64,000 nt of DNA, from positions 161,882,001 to 161,946,000 of the forward strand of contig OZ024742.1 of NCBI GenBank assembly GCA_964016885.1, written 5' to 3'. A program made the translations under genes and the position numbers. Below the pieces are notes generated by a model, which saw only the letters and a program-made list of their open reading frames with translations, was not told the DNA's origin and did no database searches. Source of the DNA: Eledone cirrhosa. Lineage: Eukaryota. Below, in pieces: positions 13,714 through 28,091 of the stretch. Position 1 is the first letter of the stretch; each line of letters begins with the position of its first letter.

Positions 13714-15281
13714 TAAATGGAATAGAATGAAACGAAATTTGATTTCTCACTGTTAGTACGGCACTTACTTAAATGTAAGTATGTATGTATACGTACATAC
13801 ATATATGTATACAGACGTACAGTAGCATGTATATATATACATACAGGCACACATATATATATGCACGTATCAGTTTACCGAACATTTATTATAATGCTCG
13901 GTTTGTTCGTTTGTAAACAAACAAACAGCCTGAATTACGCCGTACAGCGTTTAGGCAACCACGTCACCTTTTTGTTCAACACTGACACAGGAACGATGTA
14001 CTAGTTTCAAGCTTATTAGCTATAGCCAGCACCGTATACCTTTCTGCCAGATGGTTGAACGTCCGAAAGTATATACTTTCCTTATGAAAATTAACGGCTG
14101 AGCAGCCTAATTTGCATATCGAGTGAGTTCAGTCGGCCAGGCGCACCGAAAATGATAAATGGAATAGAATGAAACGAAATTTCATTTCTCACTCTTAGTA
14201 CGGCACTTACTTAAATGTAAGTATGTATACGTACATACATATATGTATACAGGCGTACAGTAGCATGTATATATATACATACAGGCACACATATATATAT
14301 GCACGTATCAGTTTACCGAACATTTATTATAATGCTCGGTTTGTTCGTTTGTAAACAAACAGCCTGAATTACGCCGTACAGTGTTTAGGCAACCACGTCA
14401 CCTTTTTGTTCAACACTGACACAGGAACGATGTACTAGTTTCAAGCTTCTTAGCTATCGTCAGCAAAGTATACCTTTCTGCCAGATGGTTGAACGTCCGA
14501 AAGTATATACTTTCCTCATGAAAATTAACGGCTGAGCAGCCAAATTTGCATATCGAGTGAGTTCAGTCGGCCAGGCGCACCGAAAACGATAAATGGAATA
14601 GAATGAAACGAAATTTCATTTCTCACTCTTAGTACGGCACTTACTTAAATGTAAGTATGTATGTATACGTACATACATATATGTATACAGACGTACAGTA
14701 GCATGTATATATATACATACAGGCACACATATATATATATGCACGTATCAGTTTACCGAACATTTATTATAATGCTCGGTTTGTTCGTTTGTAAACAAAC
14801 AAACAGCCTGAATTACGCCGTACAGTGTTTAGGCAATCACGTCACCTTTTTGTACTAAGAGTGAGAAATGAAATTTCGTTTCATTCTATTCCATTTATCG
14901 TTTTCGGTGCGCCTAGCCGACTGAACTCACTCGATATCCAAATTAGGCTGCTCAGCCGTTAATTTTCATAAGGAAAGTATATACTTTCGGACGTTCAACC
15001 ATCTGGCAGAAAGGTATACGGTGCTGAGATAGCTAATAAGCTTGAAACTAGTACATCGTTCCTGTGTCAGTGTTGAACAAAAAGGTGACGTGGTTGCCTA
15101 AACACTGTACGGCGTAATTCAGGCTGTTTGTTTGTTTACAAACGAACAAACCGAGCATTATAATAAATGTTCGGTAAACTGATACGTGCATATATATATG
15201 TGTGCCTGTATGTATATATATACATGCTACTGTACGTCTGTATACATATATGTATGTACGTATACATACATACTTACATTT
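13714..15281. mobile_element. Family H retrozyme-like array: ~2.6 tandem ~440-bp units followed by one inverted, circularly permuted unit
   Basis: Units start at 13714, 14156 and 14590; inversion at ~14852; each complete unit carries an HHR fold; no ORF. Confidence 0.85.
14428..14468 (-). ncRNA. Hammerhead ribozyme, family H (other copies 13994-14034 -, 15019-15058 +, 55464-55504 -)
   Basis: Consensus CGGTG-CTGAYGA-T-AGCT-nnnn-AGCT-T-GAAA-CTAG-TA-CATCG. Confidence 0.8.
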
Positions 15282-15305
15282 ATGTATATATATATATATA
15301 TATAT

Positions 15306-15745
15306 ATTAATAAGAGGAATTCCAACTTTGTCTGATTTACTCGTTTTATTTACAATCCTTTAAAATATATATAATATGGTATTATAATGAAATAGTATGA
15401 TAGAATATTAAATTCTAAGTGTTAATTGAACAAGTACTTTCATGCTTTCGCAATCTTCAGGTTCATGATATGTGGTGACAGTCGAGTTTGCAATTTTCAA
15501 CTGTTGAAAATTGCAAACTCGACTGTCACCACATATCATGAACCTGAAGATTGCGAAAGCATGAAAGTACTTGTTCAATTAACACTTAGAATTTAATATT
15601 CTATCATACTATTTCATTATAATACCATATTATATATATTTTAAAGGATTGTAAATAAAACGAGTAAATCAGACAAAGTTGGAATTCCTCTTATTAATAT
15701 AATCTTCTATACACAATCATACACACCCGTGTATATTTACCTATC
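15306..15745. repeat. Perfect ~196-bp-arm palindrome of family C pLTR ends, centre 15502, one HHR per arm
   Basis: TTTTCAAC-T-GTTGAAAA centre; arms are reverse complements; HHRs at 15427-15465 (-) and 15539-15577 (+). Confidence 0.92.
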
Positions 15746-15885
15746 TATATCTATCTCTCTCTCTCTATATATATATATGCATGTATATATGTGTATGTAT
15801 ATATATGTGTATATATGTATGTATATATATATATGTATATGTATGTATATGTATATGTGTATATATATATATGTATATATGTATG

Positions 15886-15916
<31 letters not shown>

Positions 15917-15927
15917 GTATGTATGTA

Positions 15928-15990
<63 letters not shown>

Positions 15991-16047
15991 ATATATATAT
16001 GTATGTATATGTATATATATGTTTATATGTATATATATATATGTATG

Positions 16048-16109
<62 letters not shown>

Positions 16110-16144
16110 ATGTATATATATGTTTATATGTATATATATATATG

Positions 16145-17189
<1,045 letters not shown>

Positions 17190-17544
17190 GTATGTATGTG
17201 TATATATATATATATATGTATGTATGTGTATATATATATATGTATATATATATATGTATGTATATATATATGTATGTATGTATGTATGTATATATGTATG
17301 TGTATGTGTATATATGTATATATGTGTATATGTATATATATATGTATGTATATATATAGATATATATGTATATATATGTGTATATGTATGTATATATATA
17401 TGTATGTATATATGTATATATATGTATGTATATGTATATATATATATGTATGTATATATATATGTATGTATATATATATATATGTATGTATATATATATA
17501 TATGTATATGTATGTGTGTGTATGTATGTATATGTGCATGTATG

Positions 17545-17589
<45 letters not shown>

Positions 17590-17622
17590 ATATATGTATA
17601 TGTATGTATATATGTATGTATG

Positions 17623-17655
<33 letters not shown>

Positions 17656-17737
17656 ATTTATATATATGTATGTATATATATACATACATATATATATATA
17701 TATACATACATATATACATACATATACATATATATAT

Positions 17738-17776
<39 letters not shown>

Positions 17777-17872
17777 CATATATATATATACATACATACA
17801 CATATATATATATATGTATGTATATATATATATATATGTATATATTTATATATATATGTATATATATATATA

Positions 17873-17968
<96 letters not shown>

Positions 17969-18512
17969 TAGATAGATAGGTAAATATACACGGGTGTGTA
18001 TGTTTGTGTATAGAAGATTATATTAATAAGAGGAATTCCAACTTTGTCTGATTTACTCGTTTTATTTACAATCCTTTAAAATATATAATGGTATTATAAT
18101 GAAATAGTATGATAGAATATTAAATTCTAAGTGTTAATTGAACAAGTACTTTCATGCTTTCGCAATCTTCAGGTTCATAATATGTGGTGACAGTCGAGTT
18201 TGCAATTTTCAACTGTAATGAGATGGGTAAATTTCCTACCTTTTATACATTTTATACAGAGAAAAGTGGCTCCAGAATGCTAAGCCCTGTAAACTGTATT
18301 TCGACCAATCAGTGTGTAGTTTCACTGAATTACTAAAGCTGATTGGTTTAAGCGTCACGGCTGGTTGAGCATGCTAACGACCAATGATCATATCCAAAGC
18401 ATCAATTGTTTTGCTATTTTTAGAAATGATGAAAATAGCATTTTCTATTAATCATCACCATCAACATCACTTTTATTATTATTATTATTGTTGTTGTTGT
18501 TGTTAGTGGTTG

Positions 18513-19769
18513 TTAGACGCAGTTAAACTTATTCTGGAAAACAACACTTTCTTCTTCAATGGAAAGAATTACATCCAAATTAGAGGCACAACGATGGGAA
18601 CGAAGTTTGCTCCCGTTTACGCGAACTCTGTAATGGGATAATTAGAACAACAACTCTACCAAGAAATAGAGGAAAAATATAGTACTGACTTTAGAAAGTA
18701 CATTGAAAAATCTTAGAAGAGATACCTTGACGACTGTTTCATCATCTGGACAGAATCTCTAGATACTCTGGATGAGTTCAATATCCTCCTGAATAACCTA
18801 CACCCATCTCTCCAATTCACAAAAGAGATGAGTAGGACCAAATTACCATTCCTAGATATAATGATAATCAAAAACGATACCACCATTACCACGGGTATAT
18901 ATTATAAACACACAGACACCCATCAATATCTGAATTTTAAGTCGTGCCATCCACCTCATACAAAACGCAACATCCCATACTGCCTAGCCAGAAGAATTTG
19001 TACCATTGTAGAAGATACGAATACGAGGTACAAACGCCTAACAGAACTAAGAGAATTTTTGCTCAAACAAAAATACCCATCTCTACTTATAGAAAATGGC
19101 ATACAGCGGGCTATAAAAATACCTATACAACAACTTAGAACAACCCAAGGAAGAAGAAACCAAGAACTGGTCATACCATTTATAATGACACACAACCCAT
19201 GTCACCAGAATATCTTCAACACTGCCAAAGCAAACCTACCGATCATTGCTCAAAGTAATGAATTAAAAGGCTTAATCACAGATCGATCTTTGACTCTTAG
19301 TAAAAGACAGCCACAAAATTTGAAGCAATTACTAACAAAAGCAAAGTTTGACCTTAACAACAAAGACCAATCATTCACTGTATCTAAATGCAATGATAGT
19401 CGATGCGGCACATGTCAATCCATACACGCCGGTCAATATATGAAAACAAAATCTGGAAAAATATTCCCAAATGCAAATATGAACTGCAAAAGCAGAAATC
19501 TAATTTACTGCATTAAATGCCCGAATTGTGAAGAACTATATGTCGGTCAAACTGGAAATGCACTATCGGAACGTGCACGGGTACACCGTCAACAAATCAG
19601 AGACCCAAATGTCCGTCAGATACCCCTAAGCGGCCACCTGGCAACATGTGGTCAGGGAATATTTATAATATTCCCATTCTACAAATTACACAGCCCAAGT
19701 GAAATCAAGAGAAAAATCAAAGAAGAGAATTTTATTGATAAATTCAAACCCAAGCTAAACGAACAATAA
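18513..19769 (+). pseudogene. PLE C RT (motifs 4-7, thumb), Cys linker and GIY-YIG; premature TAG near 18714
   Basis: GTTMGTKFAPVYAN, RYLDDCF, LPFLDI, YYKHTDTHQYL, CNDSRCGTC, LIYCIKC..YVGQT. Confidence 0.9.
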
Positions 19770-19944
19770 TAACGCTTAGGGGCATTACTTCTACTACCAC
19801 TATGACCACGACCACTAACAACAACAACAACAACAACAACAACAATAATAATAATAATAAAAGTGATGTTGATGGTGATGATTAATAGAAAATGCTATTT
19901 TCATCATTTCTAAAAATAGCAAAACAATTGATGCTTTGGATATG

Positions 19945-20095
19945 ATAATTGGTCGTTAGCATGCTCAACCAGCCGTGACGCTTAAACCAATCAGCTTTAG
20001 TAATTCAGTGAAACTACACACTGATTGGTCGAAATACAGTTTACAGGGCTTAGCATTCTGGAGCCACTTTTCTCTGTATAAAATGTATAAAAGGT
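19945..20095 (+). promoter_or_regulatory. Putative pLTR Pol II promoter of PLE C
   Basis: Three CCAAT/ATTGG boxes followed by TATAAAA twice, ~60-80 nt upstream of the HHR; motif-only evidence. Confidence 0.35.
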
Positions 20096-20155
20096 AGGAA
20101 ATTAACCCATCTCATTACAGTTGAAAATTGCAAACTCGACTGTCACCACATATTA

Positions 20156-20194
20156 TGAACCTGAAGATTGCGAAAGCATGAAAGTACTTGTTCA
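20156..20194 (+). ncRNA. Hammerhead ribozyme, family C (copy 18139-18177 -)
   Basis: TGAAC-CTGAAGA-T-TGC-GAAA-GCA-T-GAAA-GTAC-TT-GTTCA; helix I TGAAC/GTTCA. Confidence 0.85.
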
Positions 20195-20306
20195 ATTAAC
20201 ACTTAGAATTTAATATTCTATCATACTATTTCATTATAATACCATTATATATTTTAAAGGATTGTAAATAAAACGAGTAAATCAGACAATGTTGGAATTC
20301 CTCTTA

Positions 20307-20363
<57 letters not shown>

Positions 20364-20473
20364 TTATATATATGTATATGTATATATATGTATATGTATG
20401 TATATATATATATGTGTGTATATATATGTATATGTATATATATATGTATATATGTATATGTATATATATATGT

Positions 20474-20504
<31 letters not shown>

Positions 20505-20527
20505 TGTATGTATGTATATATATATGT

Positions 20528-20933
20528 AGAGATGACCCCTTAGCCTTTGTCAAGGCAGAATTCTAGGAGAAGGAAAACTCTGATATAACACCTGCAACCC
20601 TGATGGTATCCAATGATGTTGACTTGTTCTTCTTTTTGGTAAATATCATCTTGGTTAAGAGAGTGGGACTGGCTTTGTGCAGTGCCTTTGCTCACTATAA
20701 AAGCTTCACGGCACAGGCATTGCTTTGTATCTGGAGATCTCTCTGCACTTGTCATTACATGGTACCATGGGCCCAGCACTATGTGTCAATAATTGTCACA
20801 AGTGTAGTGTTTGTACCAGAGTTTTCAAGTTGCTGGCTGGACTAAAAAGTCACACTAGTTCAGCGTATCGGTAGGGGTTCTCCTACATGGTTATAAAGTA
20901 GTGGCCGTACTCGAAAACGAGTTGGCAGCCACC

Positions 20934-20935
<2 letters not shown>
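20528..20935 (+). repeat. Family F ~410-bp interspersed repeat, unclassified (possibly LINE-UTR-derived); strand is arbitrary
   Basis: Inverted homologue with the same boundaries at 56149-56556. Confidence 0.7.
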
Positions 20936-21001
<66 letters not shown>

Positions 21002-21325
21002 ATGTATATATATGTATATATATATATATGTATGTGTATGCTTGTGTGTATATATATATATATGTATGTATATGTATATATATGTATATATATATGTATG
21101 TATATAGGTATATATATATATATGTGTGTATATATATATGTGTATATATATATGTATGTATATATATATATGTATGTGCATATATATATATATGTATATA
21201 TATATATGTATGTATATATATGTATATATATATATGTATGTATATATGTATGTATATGTATATATATGTATATATATATATATATATATATTATATAGAT
21301 ATATATTATATATATATATATATAT

Positions 21326-21357
<32 letters not shown>

Positions 21358-21358
21358 A

Positions 21359-21424
<66 letters not shown>

Positions 21425-21450
21425 GATATATATTATATATATATATATAT

Positions 21451-21482
<32 letters not shown>

Positions 21483-21483
21483 A

Positions 21484-21584
<101 letters not shown>

Positions 21585-21610
21585 CAATATATATTATATA
21601 TATATATATT

Positions 21611-23715
21611 AGCAATAACACAAAGCTGTTGTACAGTCTCTTGCGTGAGGTTTATGGACCGTCTTCTTCTCTGGTGACACCGATTCGCAGCAGGGATGGC
21701 AAAGAACTACTTCGTGACTCACAGGGAATTCTACGAAGGTGGCGAGAGCACCTTGATGATCTTTTGAATCAGCCGTCTGTCGTCAGTGAAGATTTCCTCA
21801 ATCTCATTCCGGAAAGTCCTGTGAAAGTAGCTCTCGCAGAACCTCCGACGCTTGTGGAGGTTGCAGTGGCTATTTCGAAGCTGAACAGTGGAAGATCTCC
21901 AGGTATGGATGGCATACATGCTGAGCTCCTACAATATGGTGGTGAGAGACTCCTGCAACATCTTCACTCTTTGTTTGGAAGGATATGGGCTAATGAATCC
22001 GTGCCTGAGGACTAGAGAGATGCAGTAATGGTGGTCTTGTACAAGGGAAAGGGTAACAGGAATGATTGTGGGAACTACAGAGGTATATCATTGCTTTCTG
22101 TCGTAGGGAAAGTTTTATGTAGGGTGCTTCTGGACCGTCTGCTGACACACATTGCAGATTGTGTCCTTCCTGAAAGTCAATCTGGTTTTCGTGCTGGACG
22201 CGGCACTACTGATATGATCTTCTCAGCTAGACAGCTCCAGGAGAAGTGCATTGAACAAGGCTTGGATCTGTATCAGATTTTTGTCGATCTGACAAAGGCT
22301 TTCGATACTGTCAACAGAGAGGCATTATGGAAGGTTCTCCAGAAACTTGGTTGCCCTGATAAGTTCCTTGCTTTAGTTAGGTCTTTCCATGACGACATGA
22401 AGGCTTGGGTTAATGTCGGAGCCTATCTCAGTTAATGTCGGAGCCTATCTCAGTTAATGTCGGAGCCTATCTCAGTAAAAAATGGAGTGAAACAGCGGGA
22501 TATTCCAGCACCGACCCTGTTTGCCATATACTTTGCAATGATTTTCTGTATTGCATTCAGGAATTGCGAGCATGGTGTTTACATCCGATATCGAACCTCA
22601 GGCAGCATATTTAACATCAGGCGCTTTGCTGCGATGACAAAAGTATTTACATCAGTCATAAGAGACCAACCTGCCCCTAGTAAGCAGTACACTGAACCAA
22701 ACATCTATGTGTATGGCAAACGACTTGGAGTGGTTGATCAGTTTGTCTACCTGGGAAGCACTGTCAATCGATACGGCAACCTTGACAGTGAAATCTCACT
22801 TAGGATTAGGAAAGCAAGTGATGCTTTCGGAAAGCTAGAAAGGCGAGACATATGCAGGAGGACAAAGGTAAAGGTGTACAGGGCATGTGTACTCTCTTGT
22901 CTTCTTTATGCCTGCGAGACCTGGGTCACATATCGACGCCACCTTAAGCAATTGGAGCGTTTCCATCAGATGTGTCTCAGACGGATCCATGGCGTTCACT
23001 GGAGGGACCACATCAGTGATGTCGAGATTTTGGAAAGCTCTATGTGTGACAGTATAGAAGCTCTTGTGCTTAAGCAACGACTCCATTGGAGTGGTCACCT
23101 TGCCAGGATGAAGGATTCTAGAATACCAAAACAACTCTTCTATGGAGAGTTGGTTAAAGGAAAACGACCGCCACATAAACCAAAAAAGAGGTATAAGGAT
23201 TCCTTGAAAGCCTCTCTGAAAGACGCTAACATCTCTGCTGATACATGGGAAAATATTGCTGCTGATCGTAATAAATGGAGAAAGACTGTATATGAGGGAA
23301 AAGTTGCCTTTGAGGCATCTCGAATCGCACACGAGAAAGTAAAGCGGGACGTGAGGAAGGGCATTGCTGTTGCACTTCCAGACGGCGAGGGTCCTCCTAT
23401 GGTGCTGACATGCAGCGTCTGTGCGAGACTCTGCCTAAGCAAAGCTGGACTCGAAAGTCATCTTCGCAGTCATAAAGTAAGACCAGTGGTTGACTACCAG
23501 GCTGCTGTTGGAGATGCTACTCATCATGCTTGCCAAACATGTGGTAGAGAATGTAAATCAGCAGGAGGGCTCAAGCGACATGCAAAAGTACACGAACTCC
23601 AACCACAGCCGACTATTCCCAGTGAATGTTTTGGTTGCCGACTCTGTGCAAGACATTTTAGATCATTGGCTGGGCTAAAAAGCCACATTCGATCGCAGCA
23701 CTGCTAGTTGCTATC

Positions 23716-23747
<32 letters not shown>

Positions 23748-23906
23748 GCTTATGTGCGTGCGTGTGTGTGTATATGAATATGTATATTATTATTGTTGTT
23801 GTCGTTATTATTATTATTGCTATTATTATTATTATTATTATTGTTATTAATGTATGTGTGTGTATGTGTGAGTGTATGTGTATGTATGTGTATGTATATG
23901 TGTATG

Positions 23907-23979
<73 letters not shown>

Positions 23980-24103
23980 CTTTTTTTTTTTTTTAAATTT
24001 ATTTATTATTATTATTATTATTATTTTTTTATTTTATTTTATTTTTATTTTATTTTTTTTCTCGTGCAATGGCCATACTCGATAACGAGGGGGCAGCCAT
24101 CAT
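21611..24103 (+). mobile_element. 5'-truncated RTE-clade (BovB-like) LINE with three C-terminal C2H2 fingers and a microsatellite-filled 3' UTR
   Basis: SPGMDGIHAE, YKGKG..CGNYRGISLL, ESQSGFR, FVDLTKAFD, YLGS, LLYACETW, W.GHLARM; stop at ~22013; YADD region deleted; likely 3' end hairpin CTCG..CGAG at ~24077-24089. Confidence 0.9.
22410..22475 (+). repeat. 22-bp tandem triplication inside the RTE RT
   Basis: TTAATGTCGGAGCCTATCTCAG x3, which breaks the frame. Confidence 0.95.
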
Positions 24104-24195
24104 ATATATATGTGTATATGTGTATATATATATATGTATGTATATATGTATGTATATATGTATGTATATATATATATATACATATGTATATATAT

Positions 24196-24390
24196 TGTTA
24201 TACTTGGGGAGGGTCATATTTGTGTAATATTGCCAGAATTAATAACAGAACACACTCACTGTTTGGTTGGTTTTCGCTTCTCGCTTCTGTGTCTTTTATA
24301 TCGGTAATCTAACTTACTCTGTCCTCAATGTTGCCATTGACTGACTGACGGTCAAAACTAATACAGATGCAATATAGACACAAACACATA
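24196..24390 (-). mobile_element. PLE family B pLTR terminal fragment
   Basis: Homologous to 29025-29212 and 54815-55005. Confidence 0.8.
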
Positions 24391-24420
24391 TATATATATA
24401 TAGTCATGGTTGTCTATATC

Positions 24421-24475
24421 TGTTAGAACACGAAAAGTGTGAAACAACAGAATGTTCACTTTTCGTGTTCTAACA
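24421..24475. repeat. 19-bp perfect inverted repeat (hairpin), possibly the end of a non-autonomous DNA element
   Basis: TGTTAGAACACGAAAAGTG ... CACTTTTCGTGTTCTAACA. Confidence 0.6.
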
Positions 24476-25404
24476 TATATGCCTAGCTTCTTTAAAAATT
24501 TTTCGGGGATAGCCGTGGTGGTGGTGATCGTATGTCATTGGCTAATTTTCAACCAATCAGAGTACCTCTCTCTATATCTCTTCCACTGTTACTTACGCCT
24601 GTTTCTCTCTATCTGTTCCGTCTCTATATATATCTCTTACTCTTTCGCTTTGCACTCCTCCCCTTCAATACCATCTCTCCCCCTCTCTATATATTTGTTA
24701 CTCTATCGCTGCACGCTCCTCTCCTTCAATATATCAATTACACACGCTTTACACTCCTTTATCCCCAGCGCCCCTATATATACACCCCACCTCTCCCGCA
24801 TCTATATTTTAATGTACCGTTGCACCGTGAATATATGTGTCTATATATATATACATATATATTGTATATACACATTCATGTATGTGTATACACACTCATG
24901 TATGTATATACACTGGTTTTATGTGTGTATTGTAAATTTGTACTGTTAAAACACGAAACTAACATTCGATTGACACTTTGATTACCTGTACAGGCAATAG
25001 TTATTAGAATGCTGTTGAAGTGTGTATATATTTTTGGGGGACATCATGTATATACACACATTATATATAATACAATAAACAGATAAATACACACATATAT
25101 ATATGAGCTTATTTAATTATAAATATTGTGAATTTTTAACTCAGTTCAATTATATATATAAATGGCTTCTACAGGACTAGAACTGTTTCATTCGAAAGAA
25201 ATCATCATAATATTGAGAGGGGGGACTAGATAAAATATTTCAAATCAAATGTGTATAAGTTATAAGTTAAAATGTATAAATAGAGACGATAGTGGAGGTA
25301 TATCTGTTTAGTGGAACAGTAGACGATAGAATTAAATACAGACGATAATCTCCCTTTAATGAAACAGCAGACGATAGAATTAAGGCAATTTAAATTTTAA
25401 GCAT

Positions 25405-25970
25405 TTGCATTTTTGCCTTTCATCGTTACGGGGTCGATAAAATAAAGTACCAGTAATACACTGTCACTAGACGACTTTCAAATTGAATTGTTGGTTCCAT
25501 TTCTTTAGTATTTTCAATTGTAGTTATCTACTTAAAAAGCGTTACACGGTTAGAGACATAATTCGTAAGTTATATCTTCCCTATTAAACTATTGCATTAT
25601 TTCGCCTACAATATGTACAATGAGTTCAAATCCCGCCGAGGTTGACTTTGCCTTTCATCCTTACGGGGTCGATAAAATAAAGTACCAGTAATGCACTGGG
25701 TAATTGCTGGCCTTGTGCCTAAAGTAGAAACAATTATTTCGCCTACAATAGAACAAAAATGAAATGTTCTTTAAAGAAACAGGAATATAACTTTATAAAA
25801 AAAAAAAGTTGCATCCGCTTCTTTTATCATTGATAATTTTTTCGTTTTAATATTAATTGTTTTTTGTAGTTGTTTATATTAAAAATCTTACTGTAATATT
25901 TACTTAAACGAAGGCAGACATCTAAACTTATAGATTAATCTTGAGCGAAGGACTAGATAAATCTCTCGCC

Positions 25971-26009
<39 letters not shown>

Positions 26010-26570
26010 AACGAAGAATGATAAAATTTCAAGCAAAGAGTTTAATTAGGTATATTTTGTAATATTATTAACTAATTATTATAATTAACGCGCATATTTT
26101 GCTATCCTCAAACACGTTTACACATGGCATGAAATATAACTAATCCGAGATGGCTAGGTTTCATCTTCTAACTGGATATACGAAATCCATTATGTCTTGA
26201 CAACAACATGAGGTAACATTATGTTATTCACAGACACACTTTGTACACTGTTCCATATCAGAATGTATTTCCTTCGTCACATTCACAAACAGTATTGAAA
26301 ATATGTTCTTCGGCAAATAAAAATGTTTTGTTCATAATATTTCAACTAGCGATTGCTCTACTCCACGCACGACCACCATAAATTAATGACCAGCTCAACA
26401 CAAGTATTGGTAGAGCGTCAGACACCATGCTTTGCAGTATTGTTATGGTCCTTTGCATTCTAAGTTCAAATCCTGCCGAGGTTAACTTCGACTTTCATAC
26501 TTACTAATTCGATAAAATAAAGTACCAGTAATGGACTGCCGTAATGGATTTGTGCCGAAAAATAGAAACA
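25405..26570 (+). mobile_element. Three degraded copies of a tRNA-SINE with a Meta/Sauria-like core (25405-25462, 25621-25735, 26405-26570)
   Basis: B box GTTCAAATCC followed by GACTTTGCCTTTCATCCTTACGGGGTCGATAAAATAAAGTACCAG. Confidence 0.75.
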
Positions 26571-27126
26571 CTATTAATGTGCAATAAGAGCAAAATATAA
26601 CGACATTGCTCAATTATTTTATCTAATGTTGTAATAACACAAGGAAATGTTGTTTGTGTATTTTTTTTTATATTTGCTCATAGGCTTTTACAATTTCGCT
26701 CAGCCAACAACTATTAAAAAGTGAGTTGCTTAAGATAACAATTTAATCACAAATTGTTGCTATCTTTTAATACACTCCAACAAGTCATCAAATTATGTAC
26801 AATAAAAACAAATCTTATTAATTTGCTCAGGGAATATAAAGAAAATGTATATACACTGATAATTGCAATTGTATGTAAATATTTTGTTTTTGTATTGTAT
26901 ATTTTATGTTTTCTATTATGTATAATATATTGATTTAATATTGATTGTTTTTTGTAGTTGTTTATATTAAAAGTCTGAAAATATTTTTATACATATTACA
27001 CTAATATTTATAAGATAATTTATAATAACAATTACATAATCTAATTACATTACAACGATAATTTATTATTAATATATATCCTGTTTAACTAGAGTTATTA
27101 CAAGCGTTGCCTTAAAAAAATATTAA

Positions 27127-28083
27127 ACTAGACATGAAAAATGCGCAAGCTCAAAAGTGCCACAGAATGTTATAATAAACCTTCAAAAGTGTGGGACTAG
27201 AGTTGTTGCTAAAAAATATTGTAATCATTATATATCGTACATTCTGTGGCATCCTTTATAAAAATAGCTTAAACCAACGAAGCCTTTATTTTTACGCTAT
27301 TTCACTTAGTTAATTCTTAGAGTGTAACATATAAAAATAAATACATCTATGTTTAATGTAATAACAGCTATAAATAATTACGTAATATTATTATCATATA
27401 CTCATAGTAACAAAATAATTGTGTTGAAACTTAATATGATGCTTATATGAACGATCAAATCTATAATGATAATTTCTTAAATATACTAATAGTAAAATAA
27501 TTTAGTTATCTATTGTTACATTTTCATAGAACTATAATATTAACAATCGTATTGCATTATCAAATTTTTATCACTACAAACTTTCATATTGGAATTACCT
27601 TAAGCCACTTATTATTACTTCGCTTTCGTACTTTTACAGCTGTAGATATTGCGCTGTATCTTATATCTAATATCAATATCTCGTGGTAATTTGCATGAAG
27701 TGTAAAATAGGTTTATTAATAACTTTAATATGAAATGTATTATACAGGGCTGCGGAGTCGGCCAAAAATTGACTGGCTCCAACTCAGGATCCGATACTCC
27801 ATTATTTCCTAAATTTCAGCTCCGCAGCTCTGTTATTATATTAATTAATTTATTTTATAGTTGTAAATAATATTTTTATATGTTACACTCTAAGAATTAA
27901 CTAAGTGAAATAGCGTAAAAATAAAGGCTTCGTTGGTTTAAGCTATTTTTATAAAGGATGCCACAGAATGTACGATATATAATGATTACAATATTTTTTA
28001 GCAACAACTCTAGTCCCACACTTTTGAAGGTTTATTATAACATTCTGTGGCACTTTTGAGCTTGCGCATTTTTCATGTCTAGT
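27127..28083. mobile_element. Fold-back/MITE-like element with ~213-bp inverted arms and ~530-bp AT-rich spacer
   Basis: 27127-27339 is the reverse complement of 27871-28083; termini ACTAGACATG/CATGTCTAGT. Confidence 0.8.
27745..27832. mobile_element. 88-bp hAT-like MITE nested in the spacer
   Basis: TIRs CAGGGCTGCGGAG / CTCCGCAGCTCTG; 8-bp flanks GTATTATA / TTATTATA (7/8 match, TSD-like). Confidence 0.7.
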
Positions 28084-28091
28084 ATATATAT

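Larger units (their letters stand above)
17971..20311 (+). mobile_element. PLE family C, 5'-truncated, with inverted pLTR at its 5' side
   Basis: ~18018-18511 is the reverse complement of ~19811-20311; RT-GIY-YIG ORF lies between. Confidence 0.92.

Noticed and set aside
22410-22475. CRISPR-like direct repeats
   Set aside because: Contiguous 22-bp triplication without spacers inside a eukaryotic LINE.
23405-23707. Host C2H2 zinc-finger gene
   Set aside because: In frame with the RTE RT C-terminus and lacks TGEKP linkers.
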